From Endomicrobiia bacterium (lineage in GTDB: Bacteria; Elusimicrobiota; Endomicrobiia; DTEH01): a stretch of DNA of 64,000 nucleotides. A program made the position numbers and the translations under genes. This document shows, piece after piece, positions 30,478 through 39,428 of the stretch. The stretch lies in NCBI GenBank assembly GCA_039630545.1, contig JBCNUU010000003.1:173512-237511 (forward strand), read 5' to 3'. A model generated the notes under the pieces. The model ran no database searches. It had not been told where the DNA came from and worked only from the letters and a program-made list of their open reading frames with translations. The stretch's first letter is position 1, and the number at the start of each line of letters is the position of its first letter.

Positions 30478-31749
30478 ATGAAAAAAATACTTCAAATGGC
30501 TTATAGAAATATAAAGCGTAACAAAAGAAGAACTCTTTTAGCTATTGTGTCTGTTGGGTTGTCTGTGATGTTTATAGTAATCCTGCAGGGACTCGTGAAT
30601 GGGATGATGGAAAATATTATAAAAAATTCTACAAAAAATGAAACAGGTCATATAAAAATTACCACAATTGATTATTCTAAACAAAATTTTTCTTCTGTTA
30701 ATCATATAATTTATGAACCAGATGAAGTAGTAAAGCATATTCTTAAAGATAACTATATTTCAAAACATATAGAAATTATAACAGAAAGAATAAAATTTCC
30801 TGTGATGTTAAATAATAAAGGAAAAAATAAAACTGGGATTTGCATAGCAGGCGATATATATAAAGAAAAACAGCTTCTTATGTTAGATAAATGTATGATA
30901 GAAGGTGAATATCTAAAAGGTGAAACAATAATTAAGAATAGAAAAAAATATAGAGAAATTATTATTGGCGAAAAGTTAGCTAAAGCTTTAGATCTCAAAA
31001 TAGGAGATAGCTTTTCGTTAATGATACATGGAGTTGATTTCGGGATTCATATACCTGGTTTTTATATAAGAGGTATTTTTAAAACTAATCTTAATATTTT
31101 AGATGAAAATGTTTTTATGATAAACCTCCAGGATGCAAAATATATTTTAAATACTAATGGTGGAACACATGAAATCCTGGTTATGCTTAAAAAACCTCAA
31201 GAGGCAAAAAAGATAGCAAGTTATATAAATAATTATCTTTTTCAAAAAAGTAACTACAAAAATCTTATCGCTTTAGATTGGGAAACCACAAATGGTTGGG
31301 TAAAAATGATGAAACAGGCTTTAAGAATCTACAACCTCATATACATAGGGATAACTTTTCTTGGAGCGTTTATTATTACAAACATTATATTAATGATAGT
31401 TCTTGAGAGAAAAAAAGAAATAGGAATACTTAAATCTATGGGATTTAAAAAATGGCAGATTCTTTTGATCTTTACATTAGAAGGAGTAATTTTAGGAGCT
31501 GTAGGAAGTATATCTGGAGCTTTGTGTGGTGTTCTTGTGAGCTGGCCTTTGTCTATTTATGGGATAGATTTTTCTTCTTCAATGTCTAATATGAATTATC
31601 CAATGGATAATGTTATAAAATGGAGCATAGATTTCACAAATGTTTTATTTTCTGTTTTGTTAGGTGTAGGAGTTTCTTTAGTAGTATCAATTATTCCTTC
31701 TAGACACGCTGCTAGAATGCAACCAACAGAAGCCTTAAGAAGTATATAA
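30478..31749 (+). CDS. LolC/E-FtsX-like ABC permease, second paralog (start taken at ATG 30478)
   Basis: AYRNIKRNKRRT, VLERKKEIGILKSMG, PSRHAARMQPTEALR. Confidence 0.88.
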   Translation: MKKILQMAYRNIKRNKRRTLLAIVSVGLSVMFIVILQGLVNGMMENIIKNSTKNETGHIKITTIDYSKQNFSSVNHIIYEPDEVVKHILKDNYISKHIEIITERIKFPVMLNNKGKNKTGICIAGDIYKEKQLLMLDKCMIEGEYLKGETIIKNRKKYREIIIGEKLAKALDLKIGDSFSLMIHGVDFGIHIPGFYIRGIFKTNLNILDENVFMINLQDAKYILNTNGGTHEILVMLKKPQEAKKIASYINNYLFQKSNYKNLIALDWETTNGWVKMMKQALRIYNLIYIGITFLGAFIITNIILMIVLERKKEIGILKSMGFKKWQILLIFTLEGVILGAVGSISGALCGVLVSWPLSIYGIDFSSSMSNMNYPMDNVIKWSIDFTNVLFSVLLGVGVSLVVSIIPSRHAARMQPTEALRSI

Positions 31750-31755
31750 AAAAGT

Positions 31756-32511
31756 ATGAAAATTAAATATTTTAAAATTTTCCACTATCACATGAAATTT
31801 TTTTTGTGGGTAGCATTTATACATTCTTTATTAGCTATAACTCCTGAAGAAATTTTGAAAAAAGTTGATAAAAATTTAAATTTTTCTTCAGCAATAATGA
31901 ACATAAAAATGGAGATTTATCTACCAGATAAATCTGTAAGGATAAAAAAATTTAAAACCTGGATTTCAGGTAACAATTCATATGTAGAGTTTTTGAATAA
32001 AGAAGATAAGCATGTAAGATATTTAAAAATTGGCAAAAGGATGTGGATTTACGATAAAGAAGAAGAAAATACTTTTTTAATTTCAGGACACTTATTGAAA
32101 CAATCAATGATGGGAAGCGATATTTCTTATGAAGATATTTTAGAAACAGAACAAATCTATACTAACTATGATGTCAAGCTCATAGGTGAAGAAAATTTAA
32201 GAGAAAGAAGTTGTTATGTTATTCTTTTAACAGCAAAGGTTAAAGAAGTAAATTATTTTAAGCGAAAAATGTGGATAGATAAAGAGCAGTTTTTTCCTCT
32301 AAAAGAAGAAATATATGCTAAAAATGATAAACTGTTAAAAACTTTTGAATATTTAGAGATTGAATTTTATAAAGATAAAGTATATCCAACTAAAAGTGTT
32401 GTATCTGACAAACTTAAAATTGGAACAAAAACTGTGGTAATAATAGAAGAAGCTATTTTTGATGTAGAAATATCAAGTTATTATTTTACTCGTCGGTATT
32501 TAGAAAGATAA
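31756..32511 (+). CDS. Outer-membrane lipoprotein-sorting (LolA-like) periplasmic protein
   Basis: Signal peptide, EEILKKVD, MWIY, QSMMGSDISYED, Y.KR.MWID, FT.RYL family motifs. Confidence 0.8.
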   Translation: MKIKYFKIFHYHMKFFLWVAFIHSLLAITPEEILKKVDKNLNFSSAIMNIKMEIYLPDKSVRIKKFKTWISGNNSYVEFLNKEDKHVRYLKIGKRMWIYDKEEENTFLISGHLLKQSMMGSDISYEDILETEQIYTNYDVKLIGEENLRERSCYVILLTAKVKEVNYFKRKMWIDKEQFFPLKEEIYAKNDKLLKTFEYLEIEFYKDKVYPTKSVVSDKLKIGTKTVVIIEEAIFDVEISSYYFTRRYLER

Positions 32512-33599
32512 TGTTCATTTTAAGACTTTTTTTTATTCTACTTTTTCCTTATTTAATTTTTTTGCAGGACAGAAACTTTGAAATTTCAGGACATTTTTTA
32601 AATTCATTTGGTTTTTTATATTTTGAAGATGTTGAAATTTCAAGCAATAACTTTTATTTAGGAAGGTCAGCCTTTAGAGTTAATTTTATAAAGAAAAAAG
32701 AGTTTTTAAAAATTGATGGAAGTATAGACTTTAACTTTCTTTATGGTTTTTATAAAAATTTCTTTCAACATTTGAATAATACGTTAAAAATAACCGAAGA
32801 CTCAATACTTGCAATAGATATTCGTAAGTTATATATTGTCCTTAAATATAGATTTTTAGATCTTTATATAGGAAGACAACTTTTAAAATTTGGTGAGGGT
32901 TATATTTTAAATCCTTTGAATTTATTTTCCGGGATTGATTTTTCAGAAAAGACCTTTACAAGAGTTGGTGTGGATGCTTTTAGGTCAAAACTACAGATTT
33001 CTAATATGGGATATCTTGAAGGTATTTTTGTTTCTAAAGTTAATGTAAAAAAGTCAGGTTATGTGTTAAAGTTTATCAGTTCTATTTTTGGCTGGGATAT
33101 AAGTTTTATAGGTTGTTATAGAGAAGAATTAGATTGGCTGTCTTTTGGCTTTTCATATAAAGGAGATATTGTCGGAGGATTATATGGTGAGATGTTATAC
33201 AACTATGCTGTTGAACCTACTAAAAGATTTTATAATTTTTTAGTTGGTTTTGATTATTCTTTTTATCAAAAAATTCTTCTAAGATTAGAGTATGCTTATA
33301 ACTCTTTTGATATAAACAACTTTTCCCGAAATGAAATTTCGTTTTTACCTAATTTTCCATTTCTTTCAAAACACTACTTTATATCACAAGTTACTATTTT
33401 TTCTAACTTAATTGATAATATTACCTTTTTAATCCTGCATGAAATTACCAGTAAGAAGAATTTTATTATTTTTTCTTATAAAAAAAGCATATTTTCAAAT
33501 GTTGAATTATCTTCAACTTTAAGATATTCAAATAGAGATTTTTTTGGATTTGAATTTGATACAGTTTGTTTTTTAATTGATATTATTCTAAAATTTTAG
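32511..33599 (+). CDS. Putative outer-membrane beta-barrel protein
   Basis: Signal peptide, LY....LYIGRQ...FGEG...NP motif, aromatic-rich strands, terminal Phe. Confidence 0.65.
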   Translation: MFILRLFFILLFPYLIFLQDRNFEISGHFLNSFGFLYFEDVEISSNNFYLGRSAFRVNFIKKKEFLKIDGSIDFNFLYGFYKNFFQHLNNTLKITEDSILAIDIRKLYIVLKYRFLDLYIGRQLLKFGEGYILNPLNLFSGIDFSEKTFTRVGVDAFRSKLQISNMGYLEGIFVSKVNVKKSGYVLKFISSIFGWDISFIGCYREELDWLSFGFSYKGDIVGGLYGEMLYNYAVEPTKRFYNFLVGFDYSFYQKILLRLEYAYNSFDINNFSRNEISFLPNFPFLSKHYFISQVTIFSNLIDNITFLILHEITSKKNFIIFSYKKSIFSNVELSSTLRYSNRDFFGFEFDTVCFLIDIILKF

Positions 33600-33617
33600 A
33601 AAGGAGAAATCACATAT

Positions 33618-34904
33618 ATGCCAGATACACTTGTGATGATAATATTTATTATAACTTATGCTTTATTTGTAGTTTTTCCCTCTAAAAGGATATTTGTGTC
33701 AGTTGCTTCAGCTATTATAGTATTTTTTTTATGTTTATTTGGTTTTAAAAAGTCTCCAATTTATGGTATTGACATAAATGTAATAAACATTTTTATTGGA
33801 ACACTTTTAGTATCCAACATTATTGCAGAAAGTGGTGTTGCTGAATATATAGCAGAAAAAATTATTATTAAAATAAAAAACACAAAATGGATTCTTCTTG
33901 TGCTTTGTGTAGTGACTGGTTTTTTATCAATGTTTTTAGAAAATGTTGCAACTTTAATAATTGTAGCTCCCGTTGCTTTGCAAATTTCAAAAAAACTAAA
34001 TATACAACCAACAAAATTACTTTTTGCTTTAGCAGTTTCAAGTAACCTTCAAGGGACAGCCACTCTCATAGGAGATCCTCCAAGTATTCTTTTAGCTTCA
34101 GCTACGGGTATGAATTTTTTGGATTTTTTCTTTTATAAAGGTAAGCCCTCTATATTTTTTGTTGTAGAACTAGGAGCAGTTAGTTCGTTTTTTGTGTTAT
34201 ATTTTATTTTTAAGAAACAAACAAACAATAGCATTAAAGTACAATTTACTGCAAAAGTAAAGTCCTGGATTCCGTTATATATTTTATTTATAAAAATAAT
34301 AGCTTTAATAGTTGTTTCAGTCTTAACCTCAAATTATAAAACAGGAATATTTCTAAAACTTGCAGGTATAATTTGTTTAGTATGTGGAGTTTTTGCATTA
34401 TTTGTAAAAAGAACGATATTAAAAACAAGTGTAATTGAAGGAATAAAAAAACTTGACTGGGAAACAGTTTTATTTTTAAGCAGTGTTTTTATATTAGTAG
34501 AAAGTTTAGAAATTTCTGGATGGATTAACAGAATTTGTGATTTTTTAGTTAAAATCATTGGAAAAAATAAGTTTATAATATATACACTTTTTGTTTTTTC
34601 TGCAGTAATTATTTCTGGGTTTGTAGATAATGTTCCATTTTTTATGACTATGATTCCCATAGGAAAAACATTTTTTGATAAGGGTGAAATGCCACTGGAA
34701 CTTATTCTTTTTGGACTTCTGATAGGGACAACTTTAGGTGGAAATATTACTCCTACAGGAGCTTCAGCTAATATAGTAGCATGGGGAATTCTTAAAAAAG
34801 AAGGCTATAAAGCAACCTTTTTAGATTTTTTAAAAATAGGTTTTCCTTTTACCATGGCTGCTGTTTTACCTACATATCTTTTAGTGTGGCTTTTGTGGAG
34901 TTAA
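33618..34904 (+). CDS. ArsB/NhaD/SLC13-like ion-transporter superfamily permease
   Basis: ENVAT, SSNLQGTATLIGDPP, DNVP, GGNITPTGASAN; many TM helices. Confidence 0.85.
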   Translation: MPDTLVMIIFIITYALFVVFPSKRIFVSVASAIIVFFLCLFGFKKSPIYGIDINVINIFIGTLLVSNIIAESGVAEYIAEKIIIKIKNTKWILLVLCVVTGFLSMFLENVATLIIVAPVALQISKKLNIQPTKLLFALAVSSNLQGTATLIGDPPSILLASATGMNFLDFFFYKGKPSIFFVVELGAVSSFFVLYFIFKKQTNNSIKVQFTAKVKSWIPLYILFIKIIALIVVSVLTSNYKTGIFLKLAGIICLVCGVFALFVKRTILKTSVIEGIKKLDWETVLFLSSVFILVESLEISGWINRICDFLVKIIGKNKFIIYTLFVFSAVIISGFVDNVPFFMTMIPIGKTFFDKGEMPLELILFGLLIGTTLGGNITPTGASANIVAWGILKKEGYKATFLDFLKIGFPFTMAAVLPTYLLVWLLWS

Positions 34905-35019
34905 AATTTTGCTGAACTATTAATTTCTCTTTTTAAATTATAAATTATGTTAGCAGCAATGTCTTTTTTTAGAGGATTATTTGTAGATTTAAACATTCTG
35001 CTCATCTAGATAATCTTAA

Positions 35020-35410
35020 GAGAGGGTTTTGCTTATCGAAAAAATAGTTACAACAATAGTTTATGAAATAAGAGATTGTCACATTTGTAAAGGACTTCAT
35101 TGTTGTATTAATCTAAAATGTGTAATAAAAAGTAAACAACAACGAAAGACCTCAATGGTAATGTTTATCTGAAAAAGACAAAGTAACAGAAAACCTATAG
35201 TTTTTATAATTTTGCATACACAGGAGATGTGCCTTTTTTAAATGTTGATTTGGTTAGATATATAAATATGATATACTTTTGCCAGTCTATAATAGAAAAG
35301 TAGATCTGTATTACCAGAAATAAAAAAACCGCTGGAAAAAAATAATTATCAACTTAAATTTAAATAACCCTAAGCAAAACTCAGGAGTGTTTACATCAAT
35401 AACTTCATAC
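35020..35410 (+). pseudogene. Probable decayed molybdenum cofactor guanylyltransferase (MobA-like) relic; limits approximate
   Basis: Frame 35187-35300 gives SFYNFAYTGDVPFLNVDLVRYI. A shifted frame at 35302-35364 gives SVLPEIKKPLEKNNYQLK. Both resemble successive MobA segments and are interrupted by stops and frameshifts. Confidence 0.4.
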
Positions 35411-35503
35411 AAACGTGCTTATTTGTTTAAGAAAAAGTGAAAAATTTAAAAAAAAGAAAAAGTTCCAGTTGAAGTTTACAGATATAATTAAAAATACAAG
35501 TAC

Positions 35504-35532
35504 TTGATATTAAGGTTTTCTTTTTATATTAT
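35504..35532 (+). promoter_or_regulatory. Candidate sigma-70 promoter TTGATA-N17-TATTAT for the GYD gene
   Basis: Canonical spacing; AGGAGGT RBS follows. Confidence 0.5.
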
Positions 35533-35562
35533 TTCTCACACTTAAACAGGAGGTAAAACTAC

Positions 35563-35844
35563 ATGAAAAAATTTATAATGTTGGGAAAATACTCACTGGA
35601 GGCAATAAAAGGCATCTCTGCTTTAAGGACAAAAAAAGTAACCAGTATAATAGAAAACAACAAAGGAAAGCTGGAAGCTATGTATATGTTGTTGGGTGTG
35701 TATGATTTGATTTTTATAGTGGAGTTTCCTTCAGTGGAAAATGCAATTAAAAGTTCAGTCGAAATAACAAAATTAACAGGAATTTCTTTTAATACCTTTC
35801 CTGCAGTTGAAGTAGAAGAGTTTGATAAATTAGTTGGCAAATAA
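35563..35844 (+). CDS. GYD-domain protein
   Basis: FIMLGKYS, GKL..MY.LLG.YDL..IVEFP motif; strong RBS. Confidence 0.85.
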   Translation: MKKFIMLGKYSLEAIKGISALRTKKVTSIIENNKGKLEAMYMLLGVYDLIFIVEFPSVENAIKSSVEITKLTGISFNTFPAVEVEEFDKLVGK

Positions 35845-35857
35845 TTTAATTTTATTA

Positions 35858-35886
35858 TTGAAGTTCTTAAAATTTTTTGTTAGAAT
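35858..35886 (+). promoter_or_regulatory. Sigma-70 promoter of tRNA-Met: TTGAAG-N17-TAGAAT with extended -10 TG
   Basis: Canonical spacing, TGn before the -10 box, 11 bp upstream of the tRNA. Confidence 0.65.
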
Positions 35887-35897
35887 ACTTTAAAAAA

Positions 35898-35972
35898 GGC
35901 GGTGTAGCTCAGTTGGTTTAGAGCAGCGGAATCATAATCCGCGTGTCGGGGGTTCAAGTCCCTCCACCGCCA
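35898..35972 (+). tRNA. tRNA-Met (CAT), elongator type, CCA not encoded
   Basis: Acceptor stem GGCGGTG/CACCGCC with paired G1-C72, anticodon stem GCGGA/TCCGC around CAT, T-loop GGTTCAAGTCC. Confidence 0.93.
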
Positions 35973-35990
35973 AAAATATAATTAAAAAAA

Positions 35991-37151
35991 CTATAAGTCT
36001 TGCCATTTCACAGCTAACAAACAATAAAACTTAGTTGCTGCTAAAACATCCTCTACTTTTATATACTCGTTGTCCTGATGAGCCAAAAAAGGACTACCTG
36101 GGCCAAAGCCTACCGTTGGGATGTTAAAATCTGCCATTGTTATAGAACCATTTGTGCAAAATTGCCATAAAATAGGTTTTGGTGATTTTAAAAAGCACTC
36201 TTTATATGCAGTCATAGCTTTAGTTAAAAGTTTATCTTCTTCATTCAGTATCCAGGCTTTAAAGAATCTATGTTGTGGTAAAAATTTGTAGTTTTTGTGT
36301 TTTATATTTTTTAATATAAAATTTTTTATAGTCGCTTCTGTTTCTCCTAAAACGCTTCTGTAGTCTATATATAGTGAACACTCATATGGGATGCTGTTTA
36401 AAGAATTTGTTTTTGACTCTATAAATGTTATAGTATAAGTAGGTGTTCCAAGTTTTGAAGGTTTAAAATTTTCGTTTTTAGTCTCAATTAAATTTCTTAT
36501 TACAGGATATCCTAAATAAATTGCGTTTTTACCTAAATGAGGTAAAGATGAATGTGCAGATTTCCCTGAAAATATAAGTTTTATGCTCCATTTTCCCTTA
36601 TGTCCATAAACTATCTTCAGATCAGAAGGTTCGCAGATTACAGAGTATTTTGGTTTTACATACTTTACAACTTCTTCAATTCCTTTACCTGAAGAATTTT
36701 CTTCACTGGAAGATAGAGAAAAACAAATTGGTGGTGTTCTTAATTGGAATTTGTTTAAAAATAAAAAAGCAAAAACTAAAGAAGTCACAGATCCTTTATC
36801 GTCGCAACTTCCTCTTCCATATATTTTATTTTCAACTAATTTTCCACTGAAAGGAGGATACCTCCAGCTATTAGTTTCTTCAGCTGGCACAGTATCCAGA
36901 TGTGCGTCATAAAATAATTCAACATTGTTAGATGTATTTGCATTGTAAAACATAAGTAGATTGTTTTTTAGTGTTATAATTTTTGAGTTTTTATGAATTT
37001 TATGGTGATATAAAAATTCTCTTATAAAATTTATTAATTTTGACTCATTTCCTGAGTAGCTTTTAATTTGAACTGTTCGCGAAAGAAACTTTATGATTTC
37101 TTTTTTATTTTCTTTTAAAAATGTTTCAAGTTGTAATTTTAATTCTTTCAT
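35991..37151 (-). CDS. M20 (ArgE/DapE) metallo-amidohydrolase, YgeY-like
   Basis: DAHLDTV, IYGRGSCDDKG, SEE, ICEPS, G.SAHSS.P, WQFCTNG...GFGPG...AH..NE. Confidence 0.85.
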   Translation of the reverse strand: MKELKLQLETFLKENKKEIIKFLSRTVQIKSYSGNESKLINFIREFLYHHKIHKNSKIITLKNNLLMFYNANTSNNVELFYDAHLDTVPAEETNSWRYPPFSGKLVENKIYGRGSCDDKGSVTSLVFAFLFLNKFQLRTPPICFSLSSSEENSSGKGIEEVVKYVKPKYSVICEPSDLKIVYGHKGKWSIKLIFSGKSAHSSLPHLGKNAIYLGYPVIRNLIETKNENFKPSKLGTPTYTITFIESKTNSLNSIPYECSLYIDYRSVLGETEATIKNFILKNIKHKNYKFLPQHRFFKAWILNEEDKLLTKAMTAYKECFLKSPKPILWQFCTNGSITMADFNIPTVGFGPGSPFLAHQDNEYIKVEDVLAATKFYCLLAVKWQDL

Positions 37152-37228
37152 AAATAAAAGTTTATAAAAATTTTAATCTTGTTTCAAATATTGAATTTTA
37201 AAGAGAAAAAAGATATTTCTTAAAAATT

Positions 37229-37744
37229 ATGATAAGTTTTACTGAGATAATTTCTGATCCTCTAATTACAATAGCTATAATTATAGCTTCTGTTTCAACT
37301 TTTTTAGTGGTTATTCTCGGATACTATTACAAGAAAATCAAAGAACAACAAATAATTTACGAAGTCACTAAAAAGCATCCTATACAGAAAGAAAAACAAC
37401 AAAAACTCCAGGAAGAGACATCAAAAACCATAATTTCTCATCAAGAATATGAGTTAATAATATCTCAGTTAAATGAATTGTCTTCACAAATAAATAATTT
37501 GACCGGACATATTAAAGAACTCTCAGCAGTTTTTTCTTTTTTAAAAGATAATGAAATTTCTTCATCTGAAGAATTTTCTCTGACACCAGATGTCATTTCA
37601 AAATTAGTTAGTGTTTTAGAAAAGATTCAAACTGATATGAATAATTTAAAAACCAAAACAGAAAACTCAATATCCTCAATAGAGGAAATTAAAGTTAAAC
37701 TTGATAATTTATTGAAACTTTTATCAACAATTTTACAGCAATGA
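37229..37744 (+). CDS. Hypothetical protein with N-terminal TM anchor and coiled coil
   Basis: Hydrophobic residues about 12-33, then helical heptads; ATGA overlap with the next gene. Confidence 0.65.
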   Translation: MISFTEIISDPLITIAIIIASVSTFLVVILGYYYKKIKEQQIIYEVTKKHPIQKEKQQKLQEETSKTIISHQEYELIISQLNELSSQINNLTGHIKELSAVFSFLKDNEISSSEEFSLTPDVISKLVSVLEKIQTDMNNLKTKTENSISSIEEIKVKLDNLLKLLSTILQQ

Positions 37745-38211
37745 AATTAGGTTTATTAAAAACACTTATAATTTTGAATATACTGATCATTGTAGTTTCG
37801 CTAGCCGTAATATATTTCAGATATTCAGAACTTTCTAACAAACCTGAAATTTTGATTAAGGAAAACAAACAATCTTTTCAACAGGGCTTAAATGTTAAAG
37901 AAACAGAAAAATCCACCCCGACAGTTACTGAACAGCTTTTATTTACAAGCCAAAAAAAATTAAGAAAACCAAAATTTGTATATTTTTCTTCTAAGGCCAA
38001 AAAAGTTGCTTTAATTGGGGATTTTAACAACTGGGTTCCTGTTACTATGAACAAAGTTTCATCTTCTAAATGGGAGTTAACTGTGGAAATTCCTGAAGGT
38101 AGATATCTTTATAATTTTTTAGTAGATGGAAAAATAATGCTTGATCCAAATAACAAACAAACAGAACTTTCAAAAGAAGGTTTTAAAAGTTCGGTTTTAG
38201 AACTAAAATGA
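37741..38211 (+). CDS. Membrane-anchored CBM48/AMPK-beta glycogen-binding domain protein
   Basis: N-terminal TM; AKKVALIGDFNNW, W...V.IPEGRY.Y.F.VDG....DP.N. Confidence 0.85.
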   Translation: MKLGLLKTLIILNILIIVVSLAVIYFRYSELSNKPEILIKENKQSFQQGLNVKETEKSTPTVTEQLLFTSQKKLRKPKFVYFSSKAKKVALIGDFNNWVPVTMNKVSSSKWELTVEIPEGRYLYNFLVDGKIMLDPNNKQTELSKEGFKSSVLELK

Positions 38212-39398
38212 AGACAATAGAAGAGATTAATGAAAAAATAAAACAAGGCAAAGTTGTTGTTTTAACTGCTGATGAGATGATAGAGTTTGTGAAAGAAAAG
38301 GGATTAAAGGAGGCTGCCAGACAAGTTGATGTTGTAACAACAGGTACTTTTGGTCCTATGTGTTCTTCAGGTATGTATTTAAACTTAGGCCATACAAAAC
38401 CAAGGATAAAAATTGGTGGCGGAAAATGTTATCTAAATGGAGTCCCCTGTTATGCTGGATTTGCAGCTGTAGATGTGATGTTAGGAGCCACAGCTTTACC
38501 TGATAGTGATTCAAGAAACAAAGATTACCCAGGCGAGTTCAGATATGGTGGTGGCTATGTAATTCAAGAATTTGTTGATGGTAAAGACATTGAACTTGTG
38601 GCTGAAGGTTACGGAACTGATTGTTATCCGAGAAAATATATAAAAACAAATATAAATATAAAAAAAGTAAATGAAGCAGTATTATTTAACATAAGAAACT
38701 GTTATCAAAATTACAATGTTGCTGTTAATCTTTCTGATAAACCTATATATACATATTTAGGAATGTTAAAACCCAATCTTGGCAACGCTAACTATTGCTC
38801 AGCTGGTCAGTTATCACCTTTGTTAAAAGATCCTTATTATAAAACCATAGGAATAGGCACAAAAATTTTTTTAGGAGGAGGTATTGGTTTTGTTGCATGG
38901 TGGGGAACGCAGCACAATCCAGATGTTCCTAGGACCGATTTAGGTATTCCTAAATTTCCAGCAGGCACTATCGCAGTAATAGGTGATTTAAAACAAATGT
39001 CTTCCGAATTTTTAGTAGGCGTTTCAATTTTAGGTTATGGAGTTTCACTGGCTGTAGGGGTAGGAATACCTATTCCTGTATTAAATGAAGAAATAGCAAG
39101 ATATACTGCAGTATCAGACGAGGAAATACTTGCACCTGTGGTGGATTATAGCAAGGATTATCCTGAAATTACAGGCAAACCACCGATATGCTTTGTATCT
39201 TACAAGGAACTTCGTTCGGGAGAAATAGAAATTCAAGGAAAAAAAGTACCCACAGGTTCTCTTTCCAGTTATGCTAAAGCTAAGAAAATAGCTACAATTT
39301 TAAAAAATTGGATAAAGAATGGTAAGTTTTATCTTACTAAACCAGTAGCAAAACTGCCCTCTGTTGGAGAAGGTATAAAATATAAATTTCTTACTTAA
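38208..39398 (+). CDS. Homocysteine biosynthesis protein (DUF39, aspartate-semialdehyde sulfurtransferase family)
   Basis: KTIEEINEKI..GK.VVLTA.E, VDVVTTGTFGPMCSSG, YGGG.VI, GTDCYPR, RNCYQNY, GTQHNP. Confidence 0.88.
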   Translation: MKTIEEINEKIKQGKVVVLTADEMIEFVKEKGLKEAARQVDVVTTGTFGPMCSSGMYLNLGHTKPRIKIGGGKCYLNGVPCYAGFAAVDVMLGATALPDSDSRNKDYPGEFRYGGGYVIQEFVDGKDIELVAEGYGTDCYPRKYIKTNINIKKVNEAVLFNIRNCYQNYNVAVNLSDKPIYTYLGMLKPNLGNANYCSAGQLSPLLKDPYYKTIGIGTKIFLGGGIGFVAWWGTQHNPDVPRTDLGIPKFPAGTIAVIGDLKQMSSEFLVGVSILGYGVSLAVGVGIPIPVLNEEIARYTAVSDEEILAPVVDYSKDYPEITGKPPICFVSYKELRSGEIEIQGKKVPTGSLSSYAKAKKIATILKNWIKNGKFYLTKPVAKLPSVGEGIKYKFLT

Positions 39399-39428
39399 TT
39401 TCCTTTATAATAATACTTCCCTTTCTAT

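Noticed and set aside
34905..35562. Long intergenic region checked for a CRISPR array, ncRNA or IS ends
   Set aside because: No regularly spaced repeats, GC-rich stems or terminal inverted repeats. A pseudogene relic explains it better.
35898..35972. Initiator tRNA-fMet or tRNA-Ile2 identity
   Set aside because: The 1-72 pair is Watson-Crick and the anticodon stem lacks three consecutive G-C pairs, so it is not fMet. The sequence resembles elongator Met; Ile2 is less likely but was not tested.
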